Below are positions 14,656-31,312 of a stretch of DNA of 64,000 nucleotides, in pieces. Each line of letters opens with the position of its first letter. The stretch's first letter is position 1. The notes beneath the pieces are model-generated. The model made no database searches, was not told the DNA's origin, and saw nothing but the letters and a program-made list of their open reading frames with translations. Where the stretch lies: the NCBI RefSeq assembly GCF_009914755.1, contig NC_060926.1. One strand, written 5' to 3'. The DNA comes from the human T2T-CHM13v2.0 reference genome, Homo sapiens. Made by a program: the position numbers and the translations under genes.

Positions 14656-16068
14656 TATGAGCTTTATAGCACTTGCCTATTTATAGAAAAGCTAATACTT
14701 GCCCCAGTAAAGACTTTCCTGCTACCAAAACAGAAAGAAAAAGGAAAAACTAACAGTTCATTGAACACATGGACTGCTATCTTTCTGTTAAAGAGGCTAG
14801 CATGGTGCATTGCCCAAAGTTGACGTTCAGATATATTGACTTAATGAAAGAACGTAGAAAATCTTTAAGGGGAGATGAGTACATGTTATATACAGACAAC
14901 TGAAAGATAGTGAAAGTTTCTCTTAGGGGTTAGGGAATCCCTCCAAGGAAAACACATTTCAATGAAGGGACAGAGTTTCTGTGGACAGTTGATTGTGAAC
15001 CTGTTATACCTATGCCCTAAGGCAGCTGTCCGACACATTTCAGTTTGGCGGCTCTTCCTGAACTGTATGACTTTTTTCTCTCTGCTACTGCAAGGCCTGC
15101 TGCAAAACCTACTGCTGCTGTTGTACACTTCAGAGCTTCTTTTCTGGGCAGTTGGCTGCTGCTAAAGCTTTGCTTCAAAGCCCCTGAGAAATGAAACACA
15201 TGGGAAGATTCCAGGCTTACATTGCCAGGTGCTACAGAGACTACATTCTGATGTGGGTACACAGAAGGGTTCCTAGCTCTGCTGTTCTCAAGCCCTCAAG
15301 TCAATGAGTCATATTATATAGGCTCCAAGAACTCCCCTTTGGCAGATTTTGCATGACTAATAACCATTTAGATCTTTAAGGAGACACAGAGCCAGAAGAA
15401 GTCTATCTGGGAAGAATTAGCCTGATTTTCAATGTATTTTTTCTCCTGTGTCTTGTGGGTGGGTTACATGGACATGGCCTTAGGCAGACAGGTATGTGCA
15501 GACACCCACGTCTGCTCAGTCTAGCCCAGCATTCCCTATCCTGGTGCTTCTGACTTGCCCTGATGTTTACCTAGATGGAGTGACCTTCCTTAGCTCCTTC
15601 TTTCTCATACTGATGCTGAGATGGGTTCCTTCAAGCAGTTAATGAAAATAATCCAAAAAATATAGGTCAGAAAAGGGTCAGATTCTGCGGACCTCACAGG
15701 ATGCCAAAGTTTAGTTAGCAACGGCAGAGTGAAGAACAGAAAAAAGTCAGGAACCAAGTCAATAATCAGAGACACCAATTCTGAACAGAAGAGTAGGAGA
15801 GATCTAGAGTCTGAGAAACAAAATGAAGATGTTTGCTTGTAGGTTATGCCAGAGAGACAAGAGCAAAAGAACTGAAAATGTGCTTGTAATGAAGTTGGCT
15901 ATAGGGCATTCCACAGAGGTCAGGTGCCAGCATCTCTTAAGGCTCCAGGTATGATCCTGTGGCCCTGCCTGTTACCCATTCTCATCCATATCTAACTCAT
16001 CGTCCTAAAAATAGGGAGTCCCCAGGAGTCAATAGTGCTAATATGTTGTATAAAAGTGGGTGACAGCC

Positions 16069-16950
<882 letters not shown>

Positions 16951-17619
16951 TTAAGTGGATGGTGGTCTTGGAAGATGATCACTTTTCATAGCAGTGGGTA
17001 ACGTGTTAATTATACATGAATCCCATCCTCAAAGCATTTTCAGTTTAGTGAGAAATTCGGTGATTCTTTCTCTCCAGAAACAGAAAGTATAAAAGATATT
17101 TTCATGAATTTTTAGGAATTGCTCTCAAGTGGAAGTGCCTTCTTTTTGACACTACCAAGAAGTCAATGCTTTTTTGCCAAACTGAGCGTTTTCTGAAGAG
17201 TAATTGGTAGCCCATCTTACTATGAGAGAGAGCAGGACAGGAAAAGGGAGTAGATTAAGACAGTGTGTCATACAGAGCACAGTGTGTTCAGGAAAAATCC
17301 AGAAATAGAAAGAGAAAAAAAGGAGGAAATGGAGAGAGCAAGGAATGAAAAGCAGAAAGCAATATAAAATCAGAGGCAAAAGAAGAAAATGTAGCAATAG
17401 CTCTTTGCTGATCTCTGTGAGCCCCCAGCAGCAAGTAGGGCTGTGAAACTTTAAGGTACAGTAATCTGTCAGCAGAAGAGCTCAACGGAGAAGGCATTAT
17501 GGAACAAAACAGGACTAAAAATAAACACTGAGGCATGATCCTCAGCCACTTCTGACCTGTGAGCTGTTATACCCCTCTGTAGGAGAAAGAAGGCCTAAAC
17601 AACAACCACATACTCTGTC

Positions 17620-17822
17620 TAGAATCGCACTCCCTAAATTTTCGCATGCATCAGAATCACCTAGAGGGCTTGTTAACATAGAGATTAGTGTGCTCATACC
17701 TACAGAGTCTTCTTTAGTAGGCCTTGGGTGGATGGGAACTGAACATTTGCATTTCTAGGAAGTTTCCAGTTGATGCTGATGCTAGTGGTTTGGGGACCAC
17801 ACTATGAGAACCATAGCTCTAG
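17620..17822. mobile_element. MER5A-like MITE
   Basis: gcatcagaatcacctagagggcttgttaa...tttgcatttctagg...gaccacactatgagaacca. Confidence 0.75.
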
Positions 17823-17984
17823 ACTTACAGAGATATAGGATTTAGTGATTGGATGTTTAAGTTTTCTGTTTTTTCCCCAAACGCCTAAAAAGGAGGCCCA
17901 AATCTAAGAACTGAAGTAAGGGACTATATTGAAAATATTTAAATATTTAAATCCAGGTGGACTTTGTCTACCAGTTGTCTCTTA

Positions 17985-18200
17985 ATGCAGTGATTAAGGG
18001 TATGAACTCTAGAGTCAGACAGAACTGGGCAACATCACTTTGTAGCAGTATGCCTTTGGGCAAGTTATTTAACCTTTCCCCACCCTATTTTCTTCACATA
18101 TAAAAATAGAATAATATAATACCAACCCAGTGGGGTAGTTGGGAAGAATAAATGATTGATGCATGTACAAGAAGTAGTACCATGGCACATGGTATATGTA
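17985..18200. mobile_element. MIR
   Basis: gcagtgattaaggg...tctagagtcagacaga...ctttgggcaagttatttaacct. Confidence 0.7.
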
Positions 18201-19055
18201 ACAGGCATTTCTTTTTGGCAACCCAGCATCCATCTCTACTACTTTTGTACCAGCCCTAATTAACTGTACTATTTTGTACAGCCTTTTGAAATTTGAATCT
18301 TAGGAACAAAGCCAAGATAATAACCTGCCATTCTGATCCTCCCAATTTACCATGGAAACCACTTCATCCTGTGACAGGTGATTTATAAGCAAAAGTAAAG
18401 GGATATATATTGCCTTTATGGAAATGTTTAATCCTTGAGTATTCCTTCCAGTGGTTACTAGAGAGGTAGAAAGATAACTCCAGGGGTTTCCTGAGTGAAT
18501 TAATTAGCTTGCAATTGTAATATTATTCAATATCTTGTTTTCATAGCATTGCATAAGAAGTGTTACAAAGGAAGCAAAGAGTTTCTCTCCTTTAATTTGT
18601 GATAAAAAGCTGAGGCTAGCTGATAAGATGCAATGCACATTTTTTATTATTTGAAAACTGAATAAAGATAATTTGGGAGAAGAATAATATTCATTTCAAT
18701 AAAACTGAAATACATGACCAGTTTCAGTTCTCTTCTGTCAAAGGATGTACCTATACTCGTTAAGAAATGATTGAGTTAATCATTTCCCCTAAATAGATCC
18801 AAAGGGAATGCTCTGGATCATGTCCTCAAGGCTAATCTGTATGGTGTAACCTCTTAGGAGAATGCAAACCTTGGCCCTCTGTACACCCTGCACACGTCCC
18901 TTAACCTCTAAGAAGACAAGCTCTGACATAGTTCCATTACAGAAGTGCACCCCCCAGGGACCCAAAGACACACAAATGGGCTCTGCACCCTTAAGGTTGG
19001 AGTTTTTGTTTTTTAAATGATTCCTTTTTTTGGTTGTGCTTTTTAAGTAGCTGCA

Positions 19056-19600
19056 TGTAGCAGACACTTTTAGATGCTACCCATCATCCTCTCCTTTCCT
19101 TGTGAACTGAACTTTCTCATCCACAGTGATGTGCTTTGTAAGAAGCTAGTCCCAGTTTCAGCTCTGTGAATGGAGGGTGGGGGTATTTCATGTCTTCGAT
19201 TGGCATGTGACAAGGGCTTATGACACAATTCTGGCCATGATTGAAAAGAGGGGAAGTCTAATGGGGACATTTGGGAAACCTTTCCTCACTCTTACAAGGG
19301 GCACATAAGAAGGAGGTGGCCTCTTTTTCTGTTGGGTGTGTTTATGTCTGAATGTCAACTAGTTGCATGTCTCTTATAAGGTACAGCTATCTTACAACTA
19401 GGAAGGGAACTGAAGGACATTTATTTAGGTTATAAAAATCCTAAGACCTCGATGGTGTCATTGAGCTGCTGAATTCAGTGACCCTAGCTAGAAGCGTCTT
19501 CTCTCAGGATTCTGTTAAGTGAGATAACAAAATTTCCCTATTGTATGACTTATTTTAAGTTAAATTTTCCATTACTTGCAGACAACATTATCCTAACAGT
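19056..19600 (+). mobile_element. Old MaLR LTR (MLT1J/K-like)
   Basis: Starts tgtagcagacac; ends ttttccattacttgcagacaacattatcctaac. Confidence 0.6.
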
Positions 19601-20783
19601 CATATCGTATTATACCAATCCTTTGATTAGATGAAGTATTCAGAATTACAAAGAGATATGATAAATCTTTTGAGGGTGATAAATAACTTTATTATCTTGA
19701 TTGTGGTGATGGTATCATGGGTGTTTAAATATGCTATGACTTATCAAATTATACACTTCATGTGTAGTTTGTTGTCTATCAACTATACAGTATGTCAAAG
19801 ATGACTTTCTCTAACTACAATGAAATTAAATTAGAAATTAATAATAAAAACTAGGAAAATTCCATTTGGAAATTTAAAAACACTTCTAGAAATTCATGAG
19901 TGAAATTAAAAAATGATAAGTTTAGCAATTCTTTAGAATTGAACAATGAAAACCGTGTATAACAAAGGTTATTTGTGCTGCTAAAGTATTACTGAGAAGT
20001 AAACTTATTGTCTTATATGCTAAGACAAGAAAATGAGAGCTTGATATTATTAATCCAGGTTAGAAAAACAGAATTAATAATGAGGAAATGGAATGAAATA
20101 AAGAAATTATGAAATTGAAAACATACATTTAATAGGAAAGATCAACAAGCAAAAGCTGATTCCTTGAAATGACTAATTAGACAAACCTGAAATAACCAAA
20201 TAAATAAATAAATAAAACAATTTTCAAGACACTGGACATCAGGGGACAAAGGGCATTAATCCCTATGAGATCTGTGAGATGGAAGACAAATGAAGAGAGC
20301 CCCAGTATTGCCCCAACTCATTATCTTCAGAGTTTCCAGGCGGTAGTGCAGGGAGGAGGTAGAGCCCAGCAGTTTCCCTGAGTTGCTAAGAAGTTGCTTT
20401 CCCCTGTGAATACAGAACTGAGAGTTCAGTGAGACCAAAGCAGCTAGAGTTTGCATGACAGAATACAGAACGAGAGGGCTGCACAGAGAACCTAAGACAT
20501 CTGCACGTGAGTGTGAGGAAACTGCCTGAGGCCAGAGACGGGAACATCTGAAGGCATTAAGGGAAACAGCACCTGGGGTTCACAGAGGGCCAAGAATAGT
20601 GCCTGCTCCCACCAGCCAGTGTGGAAAACTCTTATAATTCATTAAGTTGAGTATGCTGAAGGGATTGCAGAGGAACATGAAAAAACTTTTGGGGGTGATG
20701 GATATGTTCAGTATCTTGATCAAATTGTATACTTTAAATATGTGCAATTTGTTGTTTGCCAACTATATCTTAATAAAGCTGTT

Positions 20784-21760
<977 letters not shown>

Positions 21761-24033
21761 TAAAGCAGTTAAAACTAAAAACAAAACAAAACAAAAAAAA
21801 TTTAAAAAGAAAAATAGCCTCTAGAACACAAATTTACAGTGCATAATATTCCTTCAAATATTTATTAGTTTATATGAACAACTTTATACAATAAATTTGA
21901 AAACCTGTGAAATAGATTAATTCCTAGAAAATTTTAATTTACAAAATTGACCTAAGAAGAATGGGGCAGGCCGAATTGTCCTATATCTAATAAAGAAATT
22001 AAAGCAGAATTTAAAAACCATTCTAAAAGAAAAACACTGTGCCCTAAAAACTTTTCAGGCACATTTTAGCAAATATTCAAGTGGAATAAATTTTAAAATG
22101 CTATATAAAAAGCTAGGAATAAATTCACATTACAATACTCACTATAAACATAAAACACACTAAACTCAGCAATTAAGAGAAAAAAAAGACAACCATAGTG
22201 GAAGAGTAACACAATTATCTCCATTGATAGATAAAGCAGACAGAATATCAATAAAGATAAAGATGACTTAAACAGCCTAATTTCAATTCTTACACAAATA
22301 TTCCCAGAGAAGGGGAAAAAAAGGCTCCTTGGTTCATTTTATGAGGTTAAAATACCTTGATACAAAATTTAGTACAAAACAGGAAAACGTACAGATCAAT
22401 CTCAATCATAAATATAGAAGCAAAAATCCTAAACAACAATAACAAGCCTATCAATGTATAAAAAAATACTTTATGACTGGTTAGGTTTTTTTCCCAGAAC
22501 TATAAGATCGATTTAACATTAAAAATGTAAAAATGTTTTTAAGATGTTAAGAAGTATTTAAAAACATAGTACATTAACAGATTAGAAGGAAAAACTATGT
22601 GATTATCTCAACAGATGCAGAAATTTTTAAATAAAACTTAACATCCTATTCAGAAAAACTCTCAGCAAACTGTGACTATAAGGAACTTGCTTCATCTGAT
22701 AAAACTTCTACAAAAAAAAAAAACACAGGAGATTGTACATTTAATGGCAAAATGTTGAAAGTATCCCTTTTAAAATGAGGGATAAAATAAGGATGTTCAC
22801 TACCATGACTTTTTATATTCTCTATTTTATGACAAGGACATTCACTCTCAAGACTATCCAACATTAAACTGGAGATCCTAGCCAGTGTATTAAGATAAGA
22901 AAAAGAACTAAAAGGCGTATGAATCCAAAAGGAAAAAAACAAAACTGTCATTTACAGATAATACAATTTCCTATGTGGAAAACCTCAAGAGATCTCCAGA
23001 TAAACTGTTGGACTTAATGAATTTTATAAGGTTGCTGGATTCAAAAATCAATATATAAAAAATGAATTGCATTTTTAAATAACAAAAACATATTAGAAAA
23101 AAAAATTTTAAGTATTATTTGTAATAGCAACAAGGCAGAGTACCTAGGAATAAATCTGGAAAACAAATGCGTAAGTCCTTATAGGAAAATTTTAAATTTT
23201 TATTGAAAGACCTTAAAGAAAATCTAAATAAAAATTGGATGATAATCTATGATGCTCGTGGATAAAAAGACTTAATGTCACAGAAGTGAAAACACAAATG
23301 GAATACAAATATATTTTAAACTACTCAATGTTTTTAGTAGTCAGAGAAATGTAACATAAAATCACAATGAAACACCATTAAACCTCTACCATATTAACAG
23401 AAATTAAGAACTCAGACAATACCAAATGTTGGAAAAGATGTGTAACAATGGAAACTGTCATGTAGTTCCAGTGGGAATGTAAATTGGTACAGCGGTTTGG
23501 TAGTACATGAAAAAGTTGAACATGCACAGACCATAACCCAGTATTTCTACTCCATAGAATGGAAGCTCTTGTACATGTACTCAGGAGACACTGTACAAGG
23601 ATGTTCATAGTAACATTGTTTGTAACTACAAAAAAAAAAAAAACAGAAAAAACCTAAATGTTCATCAACAGTAGAATGGCTACATAAAGAATAGTATATT
23701 TATACACTGTACCATGGTGAAAATGAATGAATTACTCTTAAATGTATCACCATAGAGAAATCTGAAAAACAACCTTGAGAAAGAAAAGAGAAAGCAAGTT
23801 AAATAAGAATATAAATAATTTATGTAAAATATAAAAAACAGGCAAAACTAAATGACATATTGTTTAGTGATACATACATATGCTAATACTATGATAAAAA
23901 ATAAGGGAACAAGGAACACAAAATTCTGGTTGGGGTTACACCTGTGAGGGCGGAAGGGGTGTGGGCATATAAGGGGTTTCTAAGGCACTGGCTATGCTTT
24001 ATTTTATAAGCTGAATGGTTGTTCATTTTATTC

Positions 24034-24325
24034 TTTTTTTTTTTTTTTTTTTTTGACACAGGGTCCTGCTCTGTTGCCCAGGTGGTACAATCACAGCTCA
24101 CTGCAGCCTTGACCTCCTAGGCTCAAGCAATCCTTCCACCTTAGCCTCCAAGTAGCTGGGACTACAGGCACATGCCACCACATCCAGCTAATTTTTGAAA
24201 TTTTTTGTAGAGGCGGGGTCTCATTATGTTACCCAGGCTGGTCTTAAACTCTTGGGCTCAAGCAATCCACCAGCCTCAGACTCCTAAAGTCCTGGGATTA
24301 CAGGCATGAGCCACCACACCTGGCC
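24034..24325 (-). mobile_element. Alu (AluJ)
   Basis: Poly-T followed by an antisense Alu with a small right-arm deletion. Confidence 0.93.
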
Positions 24326-25099
24326 TTGTTTTATCCTTTACACTACTCATTTACACTGTATTTTCTCTTCTGTAGATATGAAATATTTCACAACAAAATA
24401 TCTTTTGAAAGCAAAAAAACAACAGAGATTGTTAATTATTGAGATACTTTAGCTGATATGATTGAGATAAGAGCTCAGTTCTATAAAAGAATTCACTCCC
24501 CAATGAACTGGGTGGCCCCAGTGCTCTTTATTTCTGAATAATTAAAATCTTTGGATTTTTTGAACCTGTGATGAGGGCTTGGGTGCAGGTAGTGAACTTC
24601 TGGGCTGATCACAGGGAGCAGGATTGTGAGACAGTAAAGCAGACTGATATAGGGAAGGAGAAAAGTCGATAACTTATGTATTATTTAGGTCATTTCTGTA
24701 GACAGTAGGGGCTCAATTCCACCAAAACCTCGGAGAAGCACAAAGAATGTCTCCTGAATTCATGTTGAAGAACAGGAGACTGTGCACTGACTGACTTTAG
24801 TCCCGACTGGTCGAGAGTTGCTCCCAGGGGTATTAACTCACTGACACTTCTGGGCTGCTCTTGCACTTGGACTAGGTACAAGGCTTCCAAAGAAACCTAG
24901 AGGCAGAAAAGGCATTATGCATACAATGGTACAGGAAATAGATCCTACCAGCATACATGGAACTGTCCACCACAGCTGCAGCTGCAGCTGCAACCAGAGG
25001 TAGGCCAAGGGTGCACCAAAGGATCTGCGACAACCAGCATGACAGAGCCAGGCATCACATTTGAAAAGCATACTCACAACGCACAGGTTGCTTGCTTTC

Positions 25100-25290
25100 C
25101 ATCTCAAAATTGCTAAGAGAGTAAATTTCAAATGTCTCACCACAAAAAAAAAGTTAAATATTTGAGGTGATGGATATGTTAACTACCTTGATTTAATTAT
25201 TTCACATTGTATTAATAAATCATAACATCACTTTGGACCTCATAAGTTCATACAATTATAAGTTGTCAATTTACAATAAAAAAATTTTAA
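25100..25290 (+). mobile_element. L1MA 3' fragment
   Basis: tcaaaattgctaagagagtaaatttcaaatgtctcaccacaaaaa...gaggtgatggatatgttaac. Confidence 0.85.
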
Positions 25291-25695
<405 letters not shown>

Positions 25696-25699
25696 TCCC

Positions 25700-25985
25700 A
25701 CTCATCTTTTAAGATGCTGCTCAGGTTCTACATCTTCCAGAAACCTTCTCTGGCTCCCCCTGGCTAGATTAGATGTCGCATTTCAATGCCTCCATAACTC
25801 TTTGTGCACTTCTTTGCCACTGTACTTATCTGATTGCATTTTAACTAGCAATATATTTATCTATCTCTTCCACCAGACTGTTTTAGTCGTCTTGGAATGC
25901 TATGTTCTCATTTGGCACATAGGAGTTAACTAAATGTTTGTTAAATGGATGAATGAAGGAGTAGTGAGTGAACAACTGATTAAGG
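25700..25985. mobile_element. L2 3' end
   Basis: cttccagaaaccttctctgg...tggcacatagga...taaatgtttgttaaatggatgaatgaa. Confidence 0.7.
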
Positions 25986-28305
25986 AAATAAGAATGTAAC
26001 CCAAGCCAGGAAATAGTAGGAGGAGACAAAAATAGGGAGAAATGAAGGAATAAAGCACAGGAAATTCAGTCTGAAATTAGATTTTCCTCATTTTAATATA
26101 TTTTTCTGAATTATCAATATGCTTTCAATGCATCTTACTTGAATATTTTTTTTCCTGTTTTTTTTTTCAGAGCACCACTGAAGAAAGGCATAGCAGGTGA
26201 TATCCACTGGGACAAATACATACTACCTCCATTTTTCCTTGAGGTTTGAAGAGATAGGCTTGGGGTAAGACAGGTGGAGATCAACATATCATTTTGATTA
26301 CTTGTAAAGCAGCTATTGGAAAATGCCACTTATGTCTGGGAAAAATACTACATCCCAGAATTAGACTGACATTCCCACTCAGGTGTGGACCACTGCTGGC
26401 GATCTGTGTGAGGACTGGTCCTATAACACTGGCTTAGAGACAAGGGTGCTTCCTGTGGGTAACTGGTCCCAAGAGGAGGAGAGGAGGAAGCATGGGGCTC
26501 CCAAATTCAGCAGGTAGGTCACTCCCTTCCCTAGGGTAGAGTGTGTGGATGCAGAGGGTCAGGAGAGTTATACTAACTGATGTCCCTTCACACAGAAGAA
26601 AACCCCAGAAGTAGGGAATAAATATTACTGTGAAAGATACTCATTTTATGATTAAGACAAAACAAGTTACTCCCACCAGGATGTACTTATTTTTACAGAA
26701 AGGGGAAGCCAGCATGTAGAGTAATTTTTACAGTAAGCAGGTTCAAGTTCAACAGCAGGAGAAAGAGACCAGAAGTTAAAGAAACAATATATGTTCACTT
26801 TCACACTAGAGAAACGATCTAAATCTATAATTTAACACTTTTAACATTTTTTAAATAAAATAAACTTTTTTGGAGGAATAATTATCACATGGTACAAATT
26901 TCGAAAGGTAAAAAGTGTGAACAGTGAAAAGTCTCTCTTCTATCCTGACAACTACTTTCAGAAGTTATTTTTCTAATTATATGTCATCAGAGATATGTTT
27001 TATTTCATTTGCCTTTTCCTCTTGATTTGAAGAGTTCAAGGTCCTCAATTTACAAATGAATTTTTAGAGTATAATCTGCTTGCAAGTCATTTGGAATTCA
27101 GATTGCATCACACATTTCTGTTTCGGGTTTCTTAAGGTAGTTCACTAACAGTACCCCTAGGCATTGGAGGACACAGCACTCATGGGTCCTACAGCTCTAG
27201 CTTTGTTCTGAACTACTAGATTAGAGGGGGCAATGACTATTGTGCACATAAGTATCTTTAACTTATAGAGACAATCTATTAAAAAGTTGAAAATCTGTTT
27301 AATTACATACAATGGTACCTTCTCTCCTCTTGGTTGCAAATGATACAACTTGAAAAGGAAATATTTTTCACAGTCATTTTTTACTTCAAAGAAGTATGAA
27401 TATTTCTTTTATAGTATGTTTCAAAACTAATTCACCATCATGATATGTGACAAATATTTTGACTGGGAAAACCAGAGTAGGGATATTTGAAAGATTCTTA
27501 TCCCAGAAATTGAGACAGCCACCCATCAAGTAATTAAGCCAAATATTTTCTTTTCTCACTCACTCAATTTACTGACCAGATACATTAGGGCAAGGAGTAT
27601 GCTTGGAGAGGAGTCAGACAGTCTTGAGGGATGAAGCAGATGTGGAAATGAGCAAGGTTCATGGAGTGATACAAAGAAGGAAGTAGTAAATTCTACCCGG
27701 AGCTGGGGATGAGGGTTGGAGAGAGGAGGGCACTCAAGAGGCCTCAGTGAGTGTGACCCTTGAAAGGAGACCTCCTTCTGTAGTTCCTACAAAAAGCATA
27801 GGCACAGAGCAATGAAACAACCTGCTGTGCCAGGGAACTGCAACTAGGCGGGGCTTTTCTGGCATAAGGAATATGGGGTGGAGTGTGGGAAGAGGTGAAG
27901 GTCTGGAGGCTTCTGACCTTCCAGGATTCATGTGGATGCCTTACATCTTAGCCCATCCATCACAATCCTCTGGAAAACTAAAATAAATTATTATTCTTTC
28001 TTCTATTACTAATTAGTTTTGTTTTAAGCATATCAACTTATTGTTAATCATTCATACAGGAGGTTACAAAAGGAAAAGTCAAAGCTGTTTTTGCCACTTC
28101 TATATCTAACCACCTAGTCCTACTCAGCTGTAGAATATGTTACAAAAACTCTCAGAAGTGCTTATAGGTATCAAGCATTATTTCTTCTGTCTGCTTATTA
28201 TGTATTTATATAAGACTATTGACTTATTTATATTAATTTTGTATGCTACCTCTTTACCAAATTCTCTTATTATTTATATTAATTTCTCCATTTACTTTTG
28301 TTTTC

Positions 28306-28587
28306 TTTTTTCTCTCTTTTGAGACAAGGTCTTGCTCTATCACCCAGGCTGGAGTGCTGTGATGCAATCACTGCTCACTGCAGCCTCAACCTCCAGAGCT
28401 CAAGTAATCCTCCCACCTCAGCCTCCTGAGTAGCTCAGACAACAGGCAAGCTAATTTTTAAATTTTTTTGTAGAAACAGGGTCTCCCTATATTGATCTGG
28501 CTGGTCTTGAACTCCTGGGCTCAAGTGATCCCACCTCATCTCCCAAAGTGCTAGGATTACAAGAAATGTGGGCCACTGAGCCAGGCC
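28306..28587 (-). mobile_element. Alu (AluJ)
   Basis: Antisense Alu with internal deletions. Confidence 0.9.
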
Positions 28588-28681
28588 TATTTTTTGTTTC
28601 CTAGATATGTAATCACATCATCTGGAAAGAGATAGTTTTTTATTTTCCTTCTGATTCTTGTGTAATTAAATGCTTTCTCCC

Positions 28682-28888
28682 AGCCAGGGCAACATGGCAA
28701 AACCTCATCTACAACAACAACAACAACAAAAATAGTCAGGCTTGATGGTACAACTGATGTCCCAGCTACGTGGGAGGCTGACGTGGGAGGATCACCTGAG
28801 CCAGGGCAGTGAGCCATGATTGCACCACTGCTCTCCAGCTTGGGTGACAAAGCAAGAGCTTGTCTCAAAAAAAAAAAAAAAAAAAAAA
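28682..28888 (+). mobile_element. 5'-truncated Alu (AluJ/FRAM-like)
   Basis: agccagggcaacatggcaaaacc, a (CAA)n linker, right arm and poly-A. Confidence 0.88.
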
Positions 28889-28991
28889 CTTTCTCATATA
28901 ATTGTATTGGCTAATCCCTGTTTCCAAGGCTTAATAGTAATGGACATGGTGGTCATCTTTGTCTTCTTACTACTTTTAATAATGTTTTTCC

Positions 28992-29266
28992 AGCCAGGTG
29001 CAGTGGCTCATGCCTGTAATGCCAGCACTTTGGGAGGCCAAGGCAGGTGGATCACCTGAGGTCAGGAGTTTGAGATTAGCCTGGCCATCGTGGCAAAACC
29101 CCATCTCTACTAAAAACACAAAAATTAGCTGGGCGTGATGGTGCGTGCCTGTAATCCCAGCTACTCAGGAGGCTGAGGCAGGAGAATCACTTGAACCCGG
29201 GAGGCAGAGGTTGCAGTGAGCCAAGATCGTTCCCAGCCTGGGCAACAGAGCAAGACTCCATCTCAG

Positions 29267-29292
<26 letters not shown>
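28992..29292 (+). mobile_element. Alu (AluSx-like)
   Basis: Full-length with long poly-A. Confidence 0.95.
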
Positions 29293-29297
<5 letters not shown>

Positions 29298-29545
29298 CCA
29301 TTAGGTGGGAAGCTGGCTTTGGCTGAAATAGCCTTCAATTTCTATTAATTGAGTATTTTTAACATAAATGCATGTTGAATTTTGTTTGCCAAATACCTTT
29401 TTGGCATTTATGGCAGCAGCAATCTGATTTTTTTCCTTAGCTTTATTAATATGATTAATTGTATTAATTGATGCTCTACTAAGGAACCACTCTTGTATTC
29501 TCGGAATACATTTTATAATAATACTTATATATTATTATTAAATAC

Positions 29546-30185
29546 TGAAGAAGTGTCATTTTCTGGGGTAAATACCTGAGGTTCATTATCTCATGCCAAG
29601 GGAATTGAGGACGTGAACACACAAGAAGTGAGTTTAAGAGCAGAATTTTAATAGGCAAAAGAAAGAGAAAAGAGACTAGATCTCTCTCTTGCAGACCCCT
29701 AACTGGATCTTCCAGTTTCGTGGTGAAACGCATGAGGTTTTACAGAGGAGCTTGAGGATGTGGTGTCTGATTTACACAGGGCCCGAGAGAGATTGGTTGG
29801 ACTAGGTGTGACGTTTGCATAGCACATGAGAAAGCTGGCCATACCACCCTAATCTTTTATTATGCAGATGGACTCTCCACATGGCTGGCGCCATGTTGTC
29901 TGTTCCTTACTGTACATATCGTTGACAAAGAAAGGGGAAGATGGAGCCTCCATATTGAACATGCTTGGCCCCCAGGTAGCCTTTTTCTTCTATTGGCACA
30001 GCTGCTGGTATTTACCTATGCAAGCTTTTAGCTTGCTTATCTATGCTTGCAGCTTGATTTTTCAGGCTGCTTTTTGTTAGGAAAAGAAAGGATTTGGGGG
30101 CTGCTTTTTATAAAAAAGAAAACCTTACCGAGGACTTTCTTACTTCACTATCTGCCTAAATAGATTCTTTTTAACTCCTATGTCA
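29546..30185 (-). mobile_element. Solo ERV1 LTR (MER61/LTR20/LTR25-like)
   Basis: TG...CA ends; minus strand begins tgacataggagttaaaaagaatctatttaggcagatagtgaagtaagaaagtcctcggtaagg and ends tcaggtatttaccccagaaaatgacacttcttca; flanks atac/atat. Confidence 0.8.
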
Positions 30186-31234
30186 ATATGCCATTGGTCC
30201 TCTTTGCTAATTTTTAAGATTTTTTATGCCTCATAAGTGAGATTAGTTTATGGTTTTCTTAAAAGATTTTTAGAAGTTTTCTTACTTTTCCAGTACTCTC
30301 AACTGGATAAAATAGCATTCCAATGATCTCATCTTTTATGGTTTGATAGAATTCCCCTGTGAATCTATCTTTTTAAAATAATGATTTCTCAGTTCTACCC
30401 CAGTTCTACAGAATGTGGAGGCCCAGAAATAAAAATATTTTAAAAGTCTTCGCCTGCCACCCCCATCTCAAACCCATCCCTCATCCATAGGGTCTGCATT
30501 TTAGAAACACCATAGGATACGGAAATCTATTTGGTGTTTTTAAGCGACTACAAAGTACACTAAAACTGTAGTGTTCAGGATGGATTAGGGAAGGAGACAA
30601 GATTGGGCGAGGAAAGAACATATAGAAAGCTGTTTGGAGTAATACAAAGTGAGAAATGGTGATATCACAAAACTAAGCTATAGCAGTAGTGATGGACAGG
30701 AGAGACATATGAGAAAGACATTACAATGACAGAAGCAATAGGTATGCCTACCGATTATATGTTGAAGAATAGAGGAAAATAAAGGACAAAGATGACTCTA
30801 GTATATGCACAAAGAGGAAACAATCCAAATGTCCATCAACTAGTAAGTAAATAAATGTGGTATAGACATACAATGGAACATTGTGCAGTAACTAAAAGGA
30901 AGTACTGATACATGCTACAACATGAATAAATCTTGAATACATTATGCTAAGTGAAAGAACCCAGTCACAAAAGATCACATGTTGTAAGATTCCATTCATA
31001 TAAAATTTTCAGACTAGGCACTCCATAGCTACAGAAAATAGATTTGTGATTGCCTAGGATTGAGGTAGAGGAGTAAAAAACGGGGAGTGACTGCTGATGG
31101 ATATGGAGTCTCTTTTTGGGTTATGAAAGAAAATAAATCACTCAGCCAAAGGGAAAAGTCAAGCTGAGACTGCATCAGGCAAACCTGCTCCTGTTTTATT
31201 CCTAAATTAGATAGCTACAAAGATAAAAAAGCTA

Positions 31235-31312
31235 TTAGGTTGGTGCGAAAGCAGTTGTGGTTTTTCCTATGTTTAAATGGCAAAAACCACAATTACTTTT
31301 GCACCAACATAA
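31235..31312. mobile_element. MADE1 (Hsmar1-derived MITE)
   Basis: ~80-bp palindrome ttaggttggtgcgaaa...ttttgcaccaacataa with TA TSD. Confidence 0.92.

Larger units (their letters stand above)
28150..30370 (-). mobile_element. Old antisense L1 ORF2 fragments hosting three Alus and an LTR
   Basis: ctattgacttatttatattaattttgtat; aatcacatcatctggaaa; aaatgcatgttgaattttg; gtttgatagaattcccctgtgaatctatct. Confidence 0.7.

Noticed and set aside
14923-14935. TTAGGG hexamers as an interstitial telomere
   Set aside because: Only two units; the second occurrence at 16495 is explained by local copying.
14886-15262. Overlapping short ORFs with CTG-rich Leu/Ala runs
   Set aside because: No recognisable protein and no splice structure; low complexity.
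24690-25075. Possible old LTR with (CAGCTG)3 E-box run
   Set aside because: Family cannot be assigned from memory; the short repeat is plausibly slippage.
26385-26405. CTCF-like ccactgctggcg
   Set aside because: Poor match at core positions on either strand.
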